Origin: Acidobacteriota bacterium
GTDB taxonomy: Bacteria > Acidobacteriota > UBA6911 > RPQK01 > JAJDTT01
NCBI GenBank assembly: GCA_965217775.1
Contig: CBDCJH010000002.1
Location: forward strand, 2,208,001-2,272,000
Direction: 5' to 3'
Length of the DNA: 64,000 nt
Position 1 is the stretch's first letter, and every line of letters begins with the position of its first letter. This document shows, in pieces, positions 1-8,362 of this stretch. Both the position numbers and the translations under genes were made by a program. The notes beneath the pieces were generated by a model that was given only the letters and a program-made list of their open reading frames with translations, was not told the origin of the DNA and ran no database searches.

Positions 1-785
1 TGAACCTGGACGAAGGTTTCGTAGCGAATGAAGGGACGGTCAGCGTAGCGGGTGCTCTGGAGAGGGTAGTCCGTGTTGCCGGGAGAGAAAAAAGGACGAT
101 CGGCCTTGGAGGCAAGGCCCATCTCTTCCACCAGAGTCAGGCCCGCACCCGGAACGTGGAGCAGAGCGTCCTTTTCTTCCGGCTGAAGCGCCAAGCGGTA
201 TTCACTGGTCATCGTCGGATCCACGAACTCCAGCACGACGTCGGTTCCGACGCCTTCGATGTATCGATATCGCCAGACCTCGAAGGGGAAGGTGACGGTC
301 GAGCCCCCGCCTTCATGGAGAGGCCGTTCGTACAAGCCCCCGGAGGGATGGGGTTCGATCCCCGTCGGCGGGCCGTGAATGATGTAGATCCGGCCCCGAT
401 CCGACTGCCATCCGGGCAGCCCGCTGGTAAATCTCTCGTTGGCAAAAGCAATCCGGCGGTAGTGCTCTTGCTTGAACTCGTTGTAGGCTGTTCGAGGGTC
501 GGGGTCGCGCCGAAACCAGAACTGTTGGATGAATTGCTCTTTCTCTTCGGGCGTCGAAAGCTTTTCGAAGACCCTCCTCTCTTCCTCGCTGATGACGTAC
601 ACGACGTCCTCGTTCAGCCACTTCGCAAAGTAGTCTTCTTGATCTTCGCGGATTAGGGCCTCACGCTGCCCCGAGCTCTTTTCCTGGGGAGTTGCTTCGG
701 CTGGACTCGGGAACGAACCGGCCAGCGCCAGACTCAGGAGGAACCAATAGAGAATCTGCTGACGCCGGGAAATGGGAACATACAC
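1..785 (-). CDS. GWxTD domain-containing secreted protein (3' end runs off window)
   Basis: Not in the ORF track; translated by hand from GTG 785. Signal peptide (ILYWFLLSLALAG), then KWLNEDVVYVISEEE...FWFRRDPDP...EHYRRIAFANERF..GLPGWQSDRGRIYIIHGPP, typical of GWxTD proteins. Confidence 0.85.
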   Translation of the reverse strand, partial: MYVPISRRQQILYWFLLSLALAGSFPSPAEATPQEKSSGQREALIREDQEDYFAKWLNEDVVYVISEEERRVFEKLSTPEEKEQFIQQFWFRRDPDPRTAYNEFKQEHYRRIAFANERFTSGLPGWQSDRGRIYIIHGPPTGIEPHPSGGLYERPLHEGGGSTVTFPFEVWRYRYIEGVGTDVVLEFVDPTMTSEYRLALQPEEKDALLHVPGAGLTLVEEMGLASKADRPFFSPGNTDYPLQSTRYADRPFIRYETFVQV

Positions 786-892
786 TCTTGGATTATAACC
801 CACGGTTTGAAAATGAGGGTAGGACGGGAGGCTTCCTCGTCGCCGGCGTCGACAACGACTCGGGGTCCAGGATTCTGCTGTTCCAGATTGTC

Positions 893-1376
893 TCACCGGC
901 GGTAGGTCATCGCCTTGCGCTTGCTCGCGTTCGCCCGCACCTTCGTGCCGTCGATAGACAGGGTCCCGAACTTCGGCAACCCCAGCTCCCGCGCCAGCCC
1001 CACCACCTCCACGAACAGCTGCCGAAAGTCCTCCAGGTTCCGGCGATGAAACTCGCTCATCGTCCGATGCGCCGGAAAGTTCCCCGCCGCCAGCATCCGA
1101 AACGCCACGTCCTCTTCCAGCTTCTTTGCGATCCCCCGAGAAGAAAACACACCGGTCGCGTACCCGCAGACCAGCAGCTTCACCATCATCCGAGGCTCAT
1201 ACGGGGCGTTGCGCCGGCCGTCCCCTTCGTAGGGAGCGTAAAACGCCGTCAGGTCCAGTCCGTCCACCAGTTCGCTCACGTGGTAGGCCAGATGTCCCTC
1301 CGGCAGCCAGTCCCGAAGGTCCGGGTGGCAGCAGCAGTTTCTGCTTCGGGTGATAGGGACGAAACGTCGTTGGCAT
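893..1376 (-). pseudogene. IS1182-family transposase, N-terminal (DUF772) fragment, frameshifted and truncated
   Basis: ATG 1376 gives MPTTFRPYHPKQKLLLP, then a shift to DLRDWLPEGHLAY..YEPRMMVKLL..GVFSSRGIA..IDGTKVRANAS; stops after KAMTYRR. Confidence 0.85.
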
Positions 1377-1419
1377 CCAGCACCTCCGTCGCCTATTTTC
1401 CCATCATCGTGAGACGCTG

Positions 1420-1441
1420 TATCTACGGCGCAGACTCCTAG
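1420..1441 (-). mobile_element. Left terminal repeat of the IS1182 remnant, with CTAG target
   Basis: Minus strand reads CTAG|GAGTCTGCGCCGTAGA, matching the MITE-B ends. Confidence 0.65.
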
Positions 1442-1562
1442 TCCGAATATCTCACCAAGTCGCTGAGCATTTGGCGAAAAGGATATTCCGATAAGGCGTG
1501 TACTCGTCCATTTGTCGAAGTCTCCCAAATAACAGGCTGCGCTGGGCGCGCCCTCGCTGGTC

Positions 1563-1644
1563 TTTTCGCCCGTAGCGTGCACGTGCTCCCTCAAACGTAG
1601 TCCCGGCTACGCTTTCGGTCGCGAGCACCCGCTACGGGCGAAAA
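1563..1644. repeat. Long palindromic MITE/REP-like hairpin
   Basis: TTTTCGCCCGTAGCG ... CGCTACGGGCGAAAA perfect 15-bp IR with inner stem CGTAG-tcccgg-CTACG. Confidence 0.7.
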
Positions 1645-1684
1645 TCCTGCGCGATCATCATGCCCCCTTCTGAGAAACAACCCT

Positions 1685-3028
1685 TTATGTCGCCTGCGAA
1701 ACTAGCTTGTAGCCGAGGAGACGGGCCTGGTTTCGCACCCGGCGTTCGAAACGTTGCCGGTCCTGGTGCTCGGTCTCGGTGATCTTGTCCTCCTTATAGT
1801 CCACGCGATCGGTGATGAGGCGATAGATGATCCGGGCGAGTTTATGCGCGGTGGCGACGATCGCCGCCGGCGTGCCCACTCGGGCGCGCAGCCGGCGGAA
1901 GTATTGCCCGAGAGGCGATTGGCTGCGAAACAGGGACTGGGTGGCCCAGCGCAGAGCCTGGGCGGCCCGGTTCGCGCCCGGTCCGGTGCTGGAACTGATC
2001 ACCTTGCCGCCGCTGATCTTGTTCTTGGGACACAGGCCCAGCCAGGAGGCGAAGTGCGCCGAATTGGGAAAGCGGGACAGATCCGGTCCCACTTCCGTGA
2101 ACAGGACCAGGGCGGTCTGCTCCCCGATGCCGGGGATGCACATCAGGTCCGTGCCCATCAGTTGCTTCAGTTGCACCCGCAACGGCACCGCCGCAGCCGA
2201 GGCGTCCGCACCCTCTGAGGCCCTCGCTTCAAGCGGTAGCGTCGAGCGTTCGAACCCCCGGATCAGGACGGCGATTTCCTGATCACATTCCCCCAAGAGC
2301 TGCTGGAAGTGGGCATAGGTCTCCCGAGCTTGGCGTAGCGTGAACAGCAGTTCGTCGCGCCAGTTCCCTTCCAACGCTGCGATCAACAGTTCCCGTTTTC
2401 GGGTCCGAATCCGCGGGTGGGCCAAGTCGGCCAACCGGGCCGGATCCCGCTCGCCAGCCAGGATGGCGTCGATGATCCGCAGCCCCGAGAGTCCCGTGAT
2501 GTCGGTGATCGCATGGTGCAGATGGACATTCATCTGGTCCATCGCCTTTTGCATGTGCAGCGTCGCCTTCGCGGCGGCCTTGACCAAGGTGTCGCGGTGC
2601 CGTAGCAGGGTGCGCACCCGACAGCTCTCGTCGGCCGGTCGGAACGAGCCCCGCAACAAGCCCACCGAGTGCAGGTACCGCAGCCACTCGCAGTCGGCCA
2701 CGTCGGACTTGCGTCCGGGGACCACACTCACATGACGGGCGTTGACCAGCACCACATCGAACCCGTAGTGCTCCAGGATCTGGTACACCGGGATCCAGTA
2801 GACTCCCGTCGACTCCATGGCCACGCTTTTTACGTGGCACCCCTGCAGCCACCGCGCCAGGGCGTGCAGTTGGGAAGTAAAGCTGCGAAACGATCGGATC
2901 GGCTGCGGATCGCGGTCGGGGCGGATCGCGACGTACAGTTCCCGAGCGCCGATGTCGATGCCGGCGGCCTCCGGATGCACGACGTTGGGTTGGGCGCTCC
3001 GAGTGCCGGTGCGTTTGCGTCTTGCCAT
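1685..3028 (-). CDS. IS110-family recombinase/transposase
   Basis: GIDIG, AMESTG and KSDVAD DEDD motifs; IPGIG; LGLCPKNKISGG Ser loop; ATAHKLARIIY. ATG 3028 preceded by GGAGG. Confidence 0.95.
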   Translation of the reverse strand: MARRKRTGTRSAQPNVVHPEAAGIDIGARELYVAIRPDRDPQPIRSFRSFTSQLHALARWLQGCHVKSVAMESTGVYWIPVYQILEHYGFDVVLVNARHVSVVPGRKSDVADCEWLRYLHSVGLLRGSFRPADESCRVRTLLRHRDTLVKAAAKATLHMQKAMDQMNVHLHHAITDITGLSGLRIIDAILAGERDPARLADLAHPRIRTRKRELLIAALEGNWRDELLFTLRQARETYAHFQQLLGECDQEIAVLIRGFERSTLPLEARASEGADASAAAVPLRVQLKQLMGTDLMCIPGIGEQTALVLFTEVGPDLSRFPNSAHFASWLGLCPKNKISGGKVISSSTGPGANRAAQALRWATQSLFRSQSPLGQYFRRLRARVGTPAAIVATAHKLARIIYRLITDRVDYKEDKITETEHQDRQRFERRVRNQARLLGYKLVSQAT

Positions 3029-3295
3029 GATGATTGCCTCCACGTTGATTTGGAAAATGTGCCAATATGGAGCGGGGCGGCCAGGGCGTGAGTTCCGGTA
3101 ATCTTCTGTTTGGGATGATCCTCTCTGGCTTGCTGCCAGGGAGGATCTCACCAAGGATTCCGCCACCCGCCCCGGGACCAAGCTGATGACCGGGTTCGCC
3201 TCGAAAGGCTCAACGCCAGTGGGGGACCGGACTACTTCACGCCCCACTCCGAAACTGGCCCCATTCTAGCGAAAGCGAACCCCCCTGTTTCTCTT
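3029..3295. ncRNA. Candidate IS110 bridge/seek RNA region
   Basis: Structured non-coding end of the IS110 element, e.g. stem GATCCTCTCTGGC-ttgct-GCCAGGGAGGATC at ~3117-3147. The RNA role is inferred from the family. Confidence 0.5.
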
Positions 3296-3420
3296 AGGAT
3301 TTCGCCGGCCCCAGGCCGGTGGGGGAGCTGGTGAGAAATGCGGACTGAACGCCCCCACTCTGTAGCCTGGCGAAGAGCCCTTCTTCCTCATCCGCCCGGA
3401 GACCCGGCAGAGCCACGGCC

Positions 3421-3465
3421 CAAAACAAAAAAATGCCTGCACCACCCGGAGGCGGTGCAGGCATT
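3421..3465 (-). terminator. Rho-independent terminator of the OmpA-family gene
   Basis: TGCCTGCACC..GGTGCAGGCA stem followed by a T-run on the minus strand. Confidence 0.8.
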
Positions 3466-3523
3466 CGGATCACTCGATGATCACCGGCTGGATGGGACTC
3501 CATTCAGCCGTGGAGTCTGGGCC

Positions 3524-4777
3524 CTACGGAACGTAGAGTTCCACTTCGACCCGGCGATTCTCCTTGCGGCCCTCGCGCGTCTTGTTGTCGGCGACAGGCA
3601 TGGATTCGCCGGCGCTCTTGGTGGCGATCCTGGAATCGCCGACGCTGTGCTGCGTGGTCAAGTAGGCCTTCGCTCGGTCGGCCCGCTTGGCTCCGGCCTT
3701 CATGTTGCCCTTCTCGCTGCCCACGGAGTCGGTGTGGCCGGTGATAGTGGCCATCAGACTCGGGTTCTGCTGCAACTTGAGGGCGATCTCGTCCAGCTTG
3801 GCCTTGGCCACGTTGTTGAGCCGGCCGTTGACCTGGATGACGATATTCTCGCGGACCTTGAAGGAGGCCGTGGCCATACCCTTTCCGCCGCGATCGTCAC
3901 TGGCCGTGACCGAAACCGCGTGAGAGCCGCCGCCCATTCCGCTGGTGTTGACCGTGTAGGTGCTGCCGGAACCGGACATGCTACGGCCGTTCACCGCCCA
4001 GGCGTAGGTGATGGGATCGCCTTCGGCGTCGCTGGCCTTGGCCGTGGCCATGACCGCTTCACCCATCATGACCTCCGACTTGCTGAGGCTCAGGGTCACC
4101 TTGGGATCGGTGTTGGGCCTGCGGTTGAGGTTCACGTTGAAGGTGCAACTGGCGGTCATGTTGTCCGAGTCTTTGACCGTGACCGTGGCCCGGTGGGCCC
4201 CGACCGAACGGCCGGCGGTCCCGAACTGGAGGCTCGCCATGTTGCCGCTCACCGAACTCCCGTCGACTGCCCAGGAGTAGGTCAGAGGATCGTTGTTGGC
4301 ATCCGATGCGCTGGCCTTCAACGTCACGCTCTTGCCCTCGGTCACGTTCACCGTGCTTGGGTTGCAGGCGATCGTGGGCTTCTGCTTGTTCTTCTCGACC
4401 ATGACGTCGATGGAGCAGGTTTCCTGCAGCTTGCGGTCGTCGAGCTCAGCCGTCACCTGGACCGTTCCCGGCTTCAAGCCGGTCGCGTCGAAGGTGGCGG
4501 ACACCGAAACCGGTGTGTTGGCATCCTGGTCCAACCCGCCTCCCGACACCCTGCCCTGGCTGGCCGACCAGGTGAGCGTCAATTTGTCGCTGTCTCCACC
4601 GAAAGTGAATCGGTCGGGATCGGAGGCCTGAACCGTCAACTGTACGGAACTGCCCTCGACCACGGACGCTCGGCCGGCACCGCAGTCGAGCTGGGGCGGA
4701 CGATTCACACAACCCGTCGCTACCAGAACCGCAAGACCCAGCACTGATACCGCCAGGAACCGTTTTCTCCAAGCCAT
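3524..4777 (-). CDS. OmpA-family lipoprotein with tandem PKD/Ig-like domains
   Basis: Lipobox LVATGC; three repeats of ASD.d.D.lTy.W; C-terminal GHTDSVG..N...RA..ENRRVEV OmpA_C domain. Confidence 0.9.
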   Translation of the reverse strand: MAWRKRFLAVSVLGLAVLVATGCVNRPPQLDCGAGRASVVEGSSVQLTVQASDPDRFTFGGDSDKLTLTWSASQGRVSGGGLDQDANTPVSVSATFDATGLKPGTVQVTAELDDRKLQETCSIDVMVEKNKQKPTIACNPSTVNVTEGKSVTLKASASDANNDPLTYSWAVDGSSVSGNMASLQFGTAGRSVGAHRATVTVKDSDNMTASCTFNVNLNRRPNTDPKVTLSLSKSEVMMGEAVMATAKASDAEGDPITYAWAVNGRSMSGSGSTYTVNTSGMGGGSHAVSVTASDDRGGKGMATASFKVRENIVIQVNGRLNNVAKAKLDEIALKLQQNPSLMATITGHTDSVGSEKGNMKAGAKRADRAKAYLTTQHSVGDSRIATKSAGESMPVADNKTREGRKENRRVEVELYVP

Positions 4778-4824
4778 GACATTCCCCCCCTGTGGATGAA
4801 TTCGAAGAACTATGCTCAGTCGGC

Positions 4825-4852
4825 ATTATACAGGCGCGGTTTCGAATGTAAA
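4825..4852 (-). promoter_or_regulatory. Putative sigma70 promoter of the OmpA-family gene
   Basis: TTTACA-16 nt-TATAAT on the minus strand. Confidence 0.45.
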
Positions 4853-4911
4853 TACCCCATGAGAACCAAAAAGGCCGAGGTTTCCGCGCCTTTCGGGGGA
4901 CAGCCGCGAAA

Positions 4912-5910
4912 TCAGTTCCAGTTGATGCAGACTCCGATCATTTCCGCCTCTCCCGAATCCATTCTGGCATAGACGTCTGGCAACTCCTCCCATTCGAACT
5001 GGTGGGTGAGCATGGGAGCGACTTGCAAGCGTCCTCGGGCAAGGTAATCCAGAGTCAGATCCAGGGAGCGCCGGCGGTCCCAGCGTTGTCCTGCCGGCGG
5101 GTAACCGTAGGAGGTCTTCAAGGAAAGGTTCTTGCGCAAGTAGGGATAGTTCACCGGACTGAAGTGGGGCTGGTCGGTGTGGCGCGCCACCACCACGACC
5201 CTGCCCCCGGACCGGGCGATGTCCAAGCCCGTCTCCACCGCCTTCCAGGTGGAGGCCGCCTCGACCACCAGGTCGGCTCCCTCACCTCCGAAAAATTCCC
5301 TGATCCGTTCCGTGAAGCCGTCCTCGGCCGGGCTTCCGGTCCAGTCGGCTCCCATCGATCGGGCCACCTTCAGACGATTCCGGTCCAGGTCCACGACCGC
5401 CGTCCGGCATCCGAAGACGCGGCAAAAGGCCAATGCCGAGAGACCGATGAGGCCCGATCCGACGATGGCCACGTTCTCCCCGGGCATGACGTCACCCCGG
5501 CGCAGGGCGATATGAGCCACTTCCATGATGCTCAGGAAAACACCCACGTGATCCGGTATGGCGTCCGGAAGCCGTGTGGCCACCTCCACCGGCGACACCG
5601 CCATCTGCTTGTGCGGCTGCGGAACGAAGACCCGGTCGCCGGTCCGGAAACCGGAGACGCCGGACCCTGCCTCCACGACTTCTCCCACCATGGAATACCC
5701 GTTCTCCACCGGGAACTGCAGCGGGAATCCGGGATACAGGTACTTCTGCTCCCGATCCACGGGAATCCCGCGGTAAACGCGAAGCTCGGTCCCCGTGCTG
5801 ATGGCGGTCATTCGCGCCCGGACGACCAAGCCGCCGGCCGGACAATCAGGATCGGGAACCTCTTGGAACCGGGCGTTTCGGGGGCCGGTAACGATGAGTC
5901 GTATGGACAT
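4912..5910 (-). CDS. MDR-family (zinc-binding type) alcohol dehydrogenase
   Basis: ISTGTE, GYSMVGEV and GSGLIG Rossmann motif. Confidence 0.85.
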   Translation of the reverse strand: MSIRLIVTGPRNARFQEVPDPDCPAGGLVVRARMTAISTGTELRVYRGIPVDREQKYLYPGFPLQFPVENGYSMVGEVVEAGSGVSGFRTGDRVFVPQPHKQMAVSPVEVATRLPDAIPDHVGVFLSIMEVAHIALRRGDVMPGENVAIVGSGLIGLSALAFCRVFGCRTAVVDLDRNRLKVARSMGADWTGSPAEDGFTERIREFFGGEGADLVVEAASTWKAVETGLDIARSGGRVVVVARHTDQPHFSPVNYPYLRKNLSLKTSYGYPPAGQRWDRRRSLDLTLDYLARGRLQVAPMLTHQFEWEELPDVYARMDSGEAEMIGVCINWN

Positions 5911-5993
5911 TCGAGCTTGCGCCTTTCCCAACGCCGCACACTATAATGAATCGCCTTTTTGTCATACGAACCTGGCGGTTTCAAGGAGGGTCC

Positions 5994-6740
5994 ATGAGTT
6001 ATCAGGAATACAAGGCGGCCTACAAGCGGGATGGACATCTGGTTGTCCGGCAGTTCCTGACCCAGGACGAATTCCAGGAGCTCTCCGACAACGTCGACCG
6101 GTATATCCGGGACGTGGTGCCGGGCCTGCCCCCCAGCAAGGCCTTTTATCAGGACCCTGAGAAGCCCGAGACGCTGAAACAGCTCCAAGACATGGAGGAA
6201 GACCCCTTCTTCCGGGATTTCCTCGAACACCCGAAACTGGTCTCACTCGCCGAAACCCTGGTGGGGGAGCCGGTCAAGGGGAATACGGAATGGTTCAATA
6301 AGCCGCCCAACACCCAGCACGCCACGCCGCCTCACCAGGACAATTACTACTTCTGTCTGATTCCCTGCAACGTCGTGACCCTCTGGCTCCCGCTGGAGCC
6401 GGTCGACGAGGAAAACGGCTGCTTGCGCTACGTCACCGGCTCCCACATGGAGGGTTACCGTCCTCACAACCCGACGGAAGTCATCGGCTTTTCCCAGGGG
6501 ATCACCGACTACGGACCTCGGGACCGGCTCCAGGAACACCGGGTGGTGCTGCAGCCGGGCGATCTGGCGGCCCACCACGGAATGATGATCCACAGCGCGG
6601 AACCCAACCGCTCCACCCACCGTCACCGGCCGGCGTTCGCCGTCGTCTACAAAGGGGTCAGTTGCCGCATGGACGAGGACGCGGCCCGCCGCTACCGGGA
6701 GAACCTCCGAAGGCAACACCAAGAGGCCGGAATGGCCTGA
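5994..6740 (+). CDS. Phytanoyl-CoA dioxygenase (PhyH) family Fe/2OG enzyme
   Basis: TPPHQD, ENGCLRYVTGSH and IHSA motifs; AGGAGG RBS. Confidence 0.9.
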   Translation: MSYQEYKAAYKRDGHLVVRQFLTQDEFQELSDNVDRYIRDVVPGLPPSKAFYQDPEKPETLKQLQDMEEDPFFRDFLEHPKLVSLAETLVGEPVKGNTEWFNKPPNTQHATPPHQDNYYFCLIPCNVVTLWLPLEPVDEENGCLRYVTGSHMEGYRPHNPTEVIGFSQGITDYGPRDRLQEHRVVLQPGDLAAHHGMMIHSAEPNRSTHRHRPAFAVVYKGVSCRMDEDAARRYRENLRRQHQEAGMA

Positions 6741-6763
6741 ACCGGCGGCCGGGTTTCTGGCGG

Positions 6764-8335
6764 ATGATACTCGTATCTGTTCTGATCGGTTTCCTGCTCA
6801 CCCTGCCGCTCGCGGCTCAGTCCGCGCCCATCTCCATCGGTTCCGAGAAACAACTGTTCCTGGACCAGCGGCTGATCCAGTCGAGCCGAAATGTGGAACT
6901 GGTGCTGAACCTTCCCGAACAGCCTCGGGAAAATCTCATCCTCAAAGACCGTCCCTGGGAACAGGGGCGGGCGGGTGGGTACGCCCATGTCCTTCGCGAC
7001 GGCGCCCTCTACCGCATGTTCTACAACAGCTTCGACCGCTCCTACCGGGTCCGGTATTTCTGTCTGGCCCTCTCTCACGACGGCGTCCACTGGACCAAGC
7101 CGAACCTGGGCCTGATCCCTTACGCCGGGAACTACGACACCAACATCATCGCCTTGGACGTTTTCGGGAGCCCGTTCATCGACCTCTTCGACTCACCCGA
7201 GCGTCGCTACAAGCTCTATTCCCGTGTGGGACGGGCCCGGGGAGAGCGCGATCAGATCATGCAGGGGGACTCGTCCGACTCGGGTTCGTTCTCCTGGCCG
7301 CCGGCGCAGGACGCCGATCCCCAAAGCGTCTACCTCCTGTACTCCGGGGACGGCGTCTTCTGGCAGCGGGAACCGGAACCGGTGATGCCTTTCTACGTGG
7401 GAGCGCCCACCTCGGTCTTGTGGGACGAAGACGCCGGCGTCTGGGCCATCTATCCCCGGGCCTATCTTCCCGGCAGTCGCGTTCGGGTCTTCAGCCGAAC
7501 CACCGCCGGCAAGCATGAGCTGGGAGAAGCCTTCGACCTGAATCTCATGTCGCCGGCCCGCCGCCGGCTTGAGCAACAGACCGGATCTCGGGTCACAGGT
7601 CTCCTGGACGAACTTCCGGTGGTGCTCAAGCCGGATCTCGAAGACCCCGATGGAATGCAGGTCTACACCATCTACGCCTACAACTACCCGGCTCAGGACG
7701 CGTACGTCGCGTTTCCCAGCATCTGGTATTCGCGGCGCCCCGACGATTTCGAAAGAGTGGACCCCGGGGCCAGCGACACGCTGGAGATTCAATTCACCTT
7801 CTCCCGGGACGGAATCCGATGGCAACGGCCCTTCCGTCAACCGCTGGTCTCACTCGGTTCCCCAGGCTCGGCTTGGGAGCACCAGATCTACGGAGCCGGA
7901 CTGGTCGAGAGCGGCGATCGGCTCTACTTCTATTACAACGGCCTGCCCAGCGAGCACCTGACCATGGACAAGGCCGCGGACTGGACGTGTGTGACCGCCC
8001 GGGCCATCTTCCGCCTCGACGGCTTCGTCTCGGCTGACGCCGCCTACCAGGGAGGAGAGCTCACCACGCCACTCCTCACCTTCACCGGTTCCAGGCTCCA
8101 ATACAACGCCAAGACCGGCGGCGGCGGCTTCATCCGGACCGAGATCCTGGATTCCACCGGCGCTCCCGTGCCCGGATTTACTCTGGCGGACTCGCACCGC
8201 GTGAACGGCAACAGCGTCCGTCACCTGGCTGCCTGGAGAGGCTCCGCCGATGTCTCCTCGCTGGCCGGGCAGCCGGTGCGGCTGCGGCTGGTGATGAGGG
8301 ACACGAAACTCTTCGCTCTCCAGTTCGTCCGCTGA
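6764..8335 (+). CDS. Secreted beta-propeller glycoside-hydrolase-like protein
   Basis: Signal peptide; QLFLD, S.DG.hW repeats and RLDGFVS..A...GGELTT motifs. Confidence 0.65.
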   Translation: MILVSVLIGFLLTLPLAAQSAPISIGSEKQLFLDQRLIQSSRNVELVLNLPEQPRENLILKDRPWEQGRAGGYAHVLRDGALYRMFYNSFDRSYRVRYFCLALSHDGVHWTKPNLGLIPYAGNYDTNIIALDVFGSPFIDLFDSPERRYKLYSRVGRARGERDQIMQGDSSDSGSFSWPPAQDADPQSVYLLYSGDGVFWQREPEPVMPFYVGAPTSVLWDEDAGVWAIYPRAYLPGSRVRVFSRTTAGKHELGEAFDLNLMSPARRRLEQQTGSRVTGLLDELPVVLKPDLEDPDGMQVYTIYAYNYPAQDAYVAFPSIWYSRRPDDFERVDPGASDTLEIQFTFSRDGIRWQRPFRQPLVSLGSPGSAWEHQIYGAGLVESGDRLYFYYNGLPSEHLTMDKAADWTCVTARAIFRLDGFVSADAAYQGGELTTPLLTFTGSRLQYNAKTGGGGFIRTEILDSTGAPVPGFTLADSHRVNGNSVRHLAAWRGSADVSSLAGQPVRLRLVMRDTKLFALQFVR

Positions 8336-8362
8336 TCCAGTGTTTGTCCGCTTGAACCGGAA

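Larger units (their letters stand above)
1665..3300 (-). mobile_element. IS110/IS1111-family insertion sequence (ends approximate)
   Basis: Transposase, ~265-bp upstream non-coding end, and short subterminal IR GAGAAACA (1672) / TGTTTCTC (3286). Confidence 0.75.

Noticed and set aside
156-656. 166-aa plus-strand ORF
   Set aside because: Antisense shadow of the GWxTD gene, which has clear motifs on the minus strand.
3029-3247. 73-aa N-terminal extension of the IS110 transposase in the ORF track
   Set aside because: An RBS precedes ATG 3028, and the extension spans the structured non-coding end.
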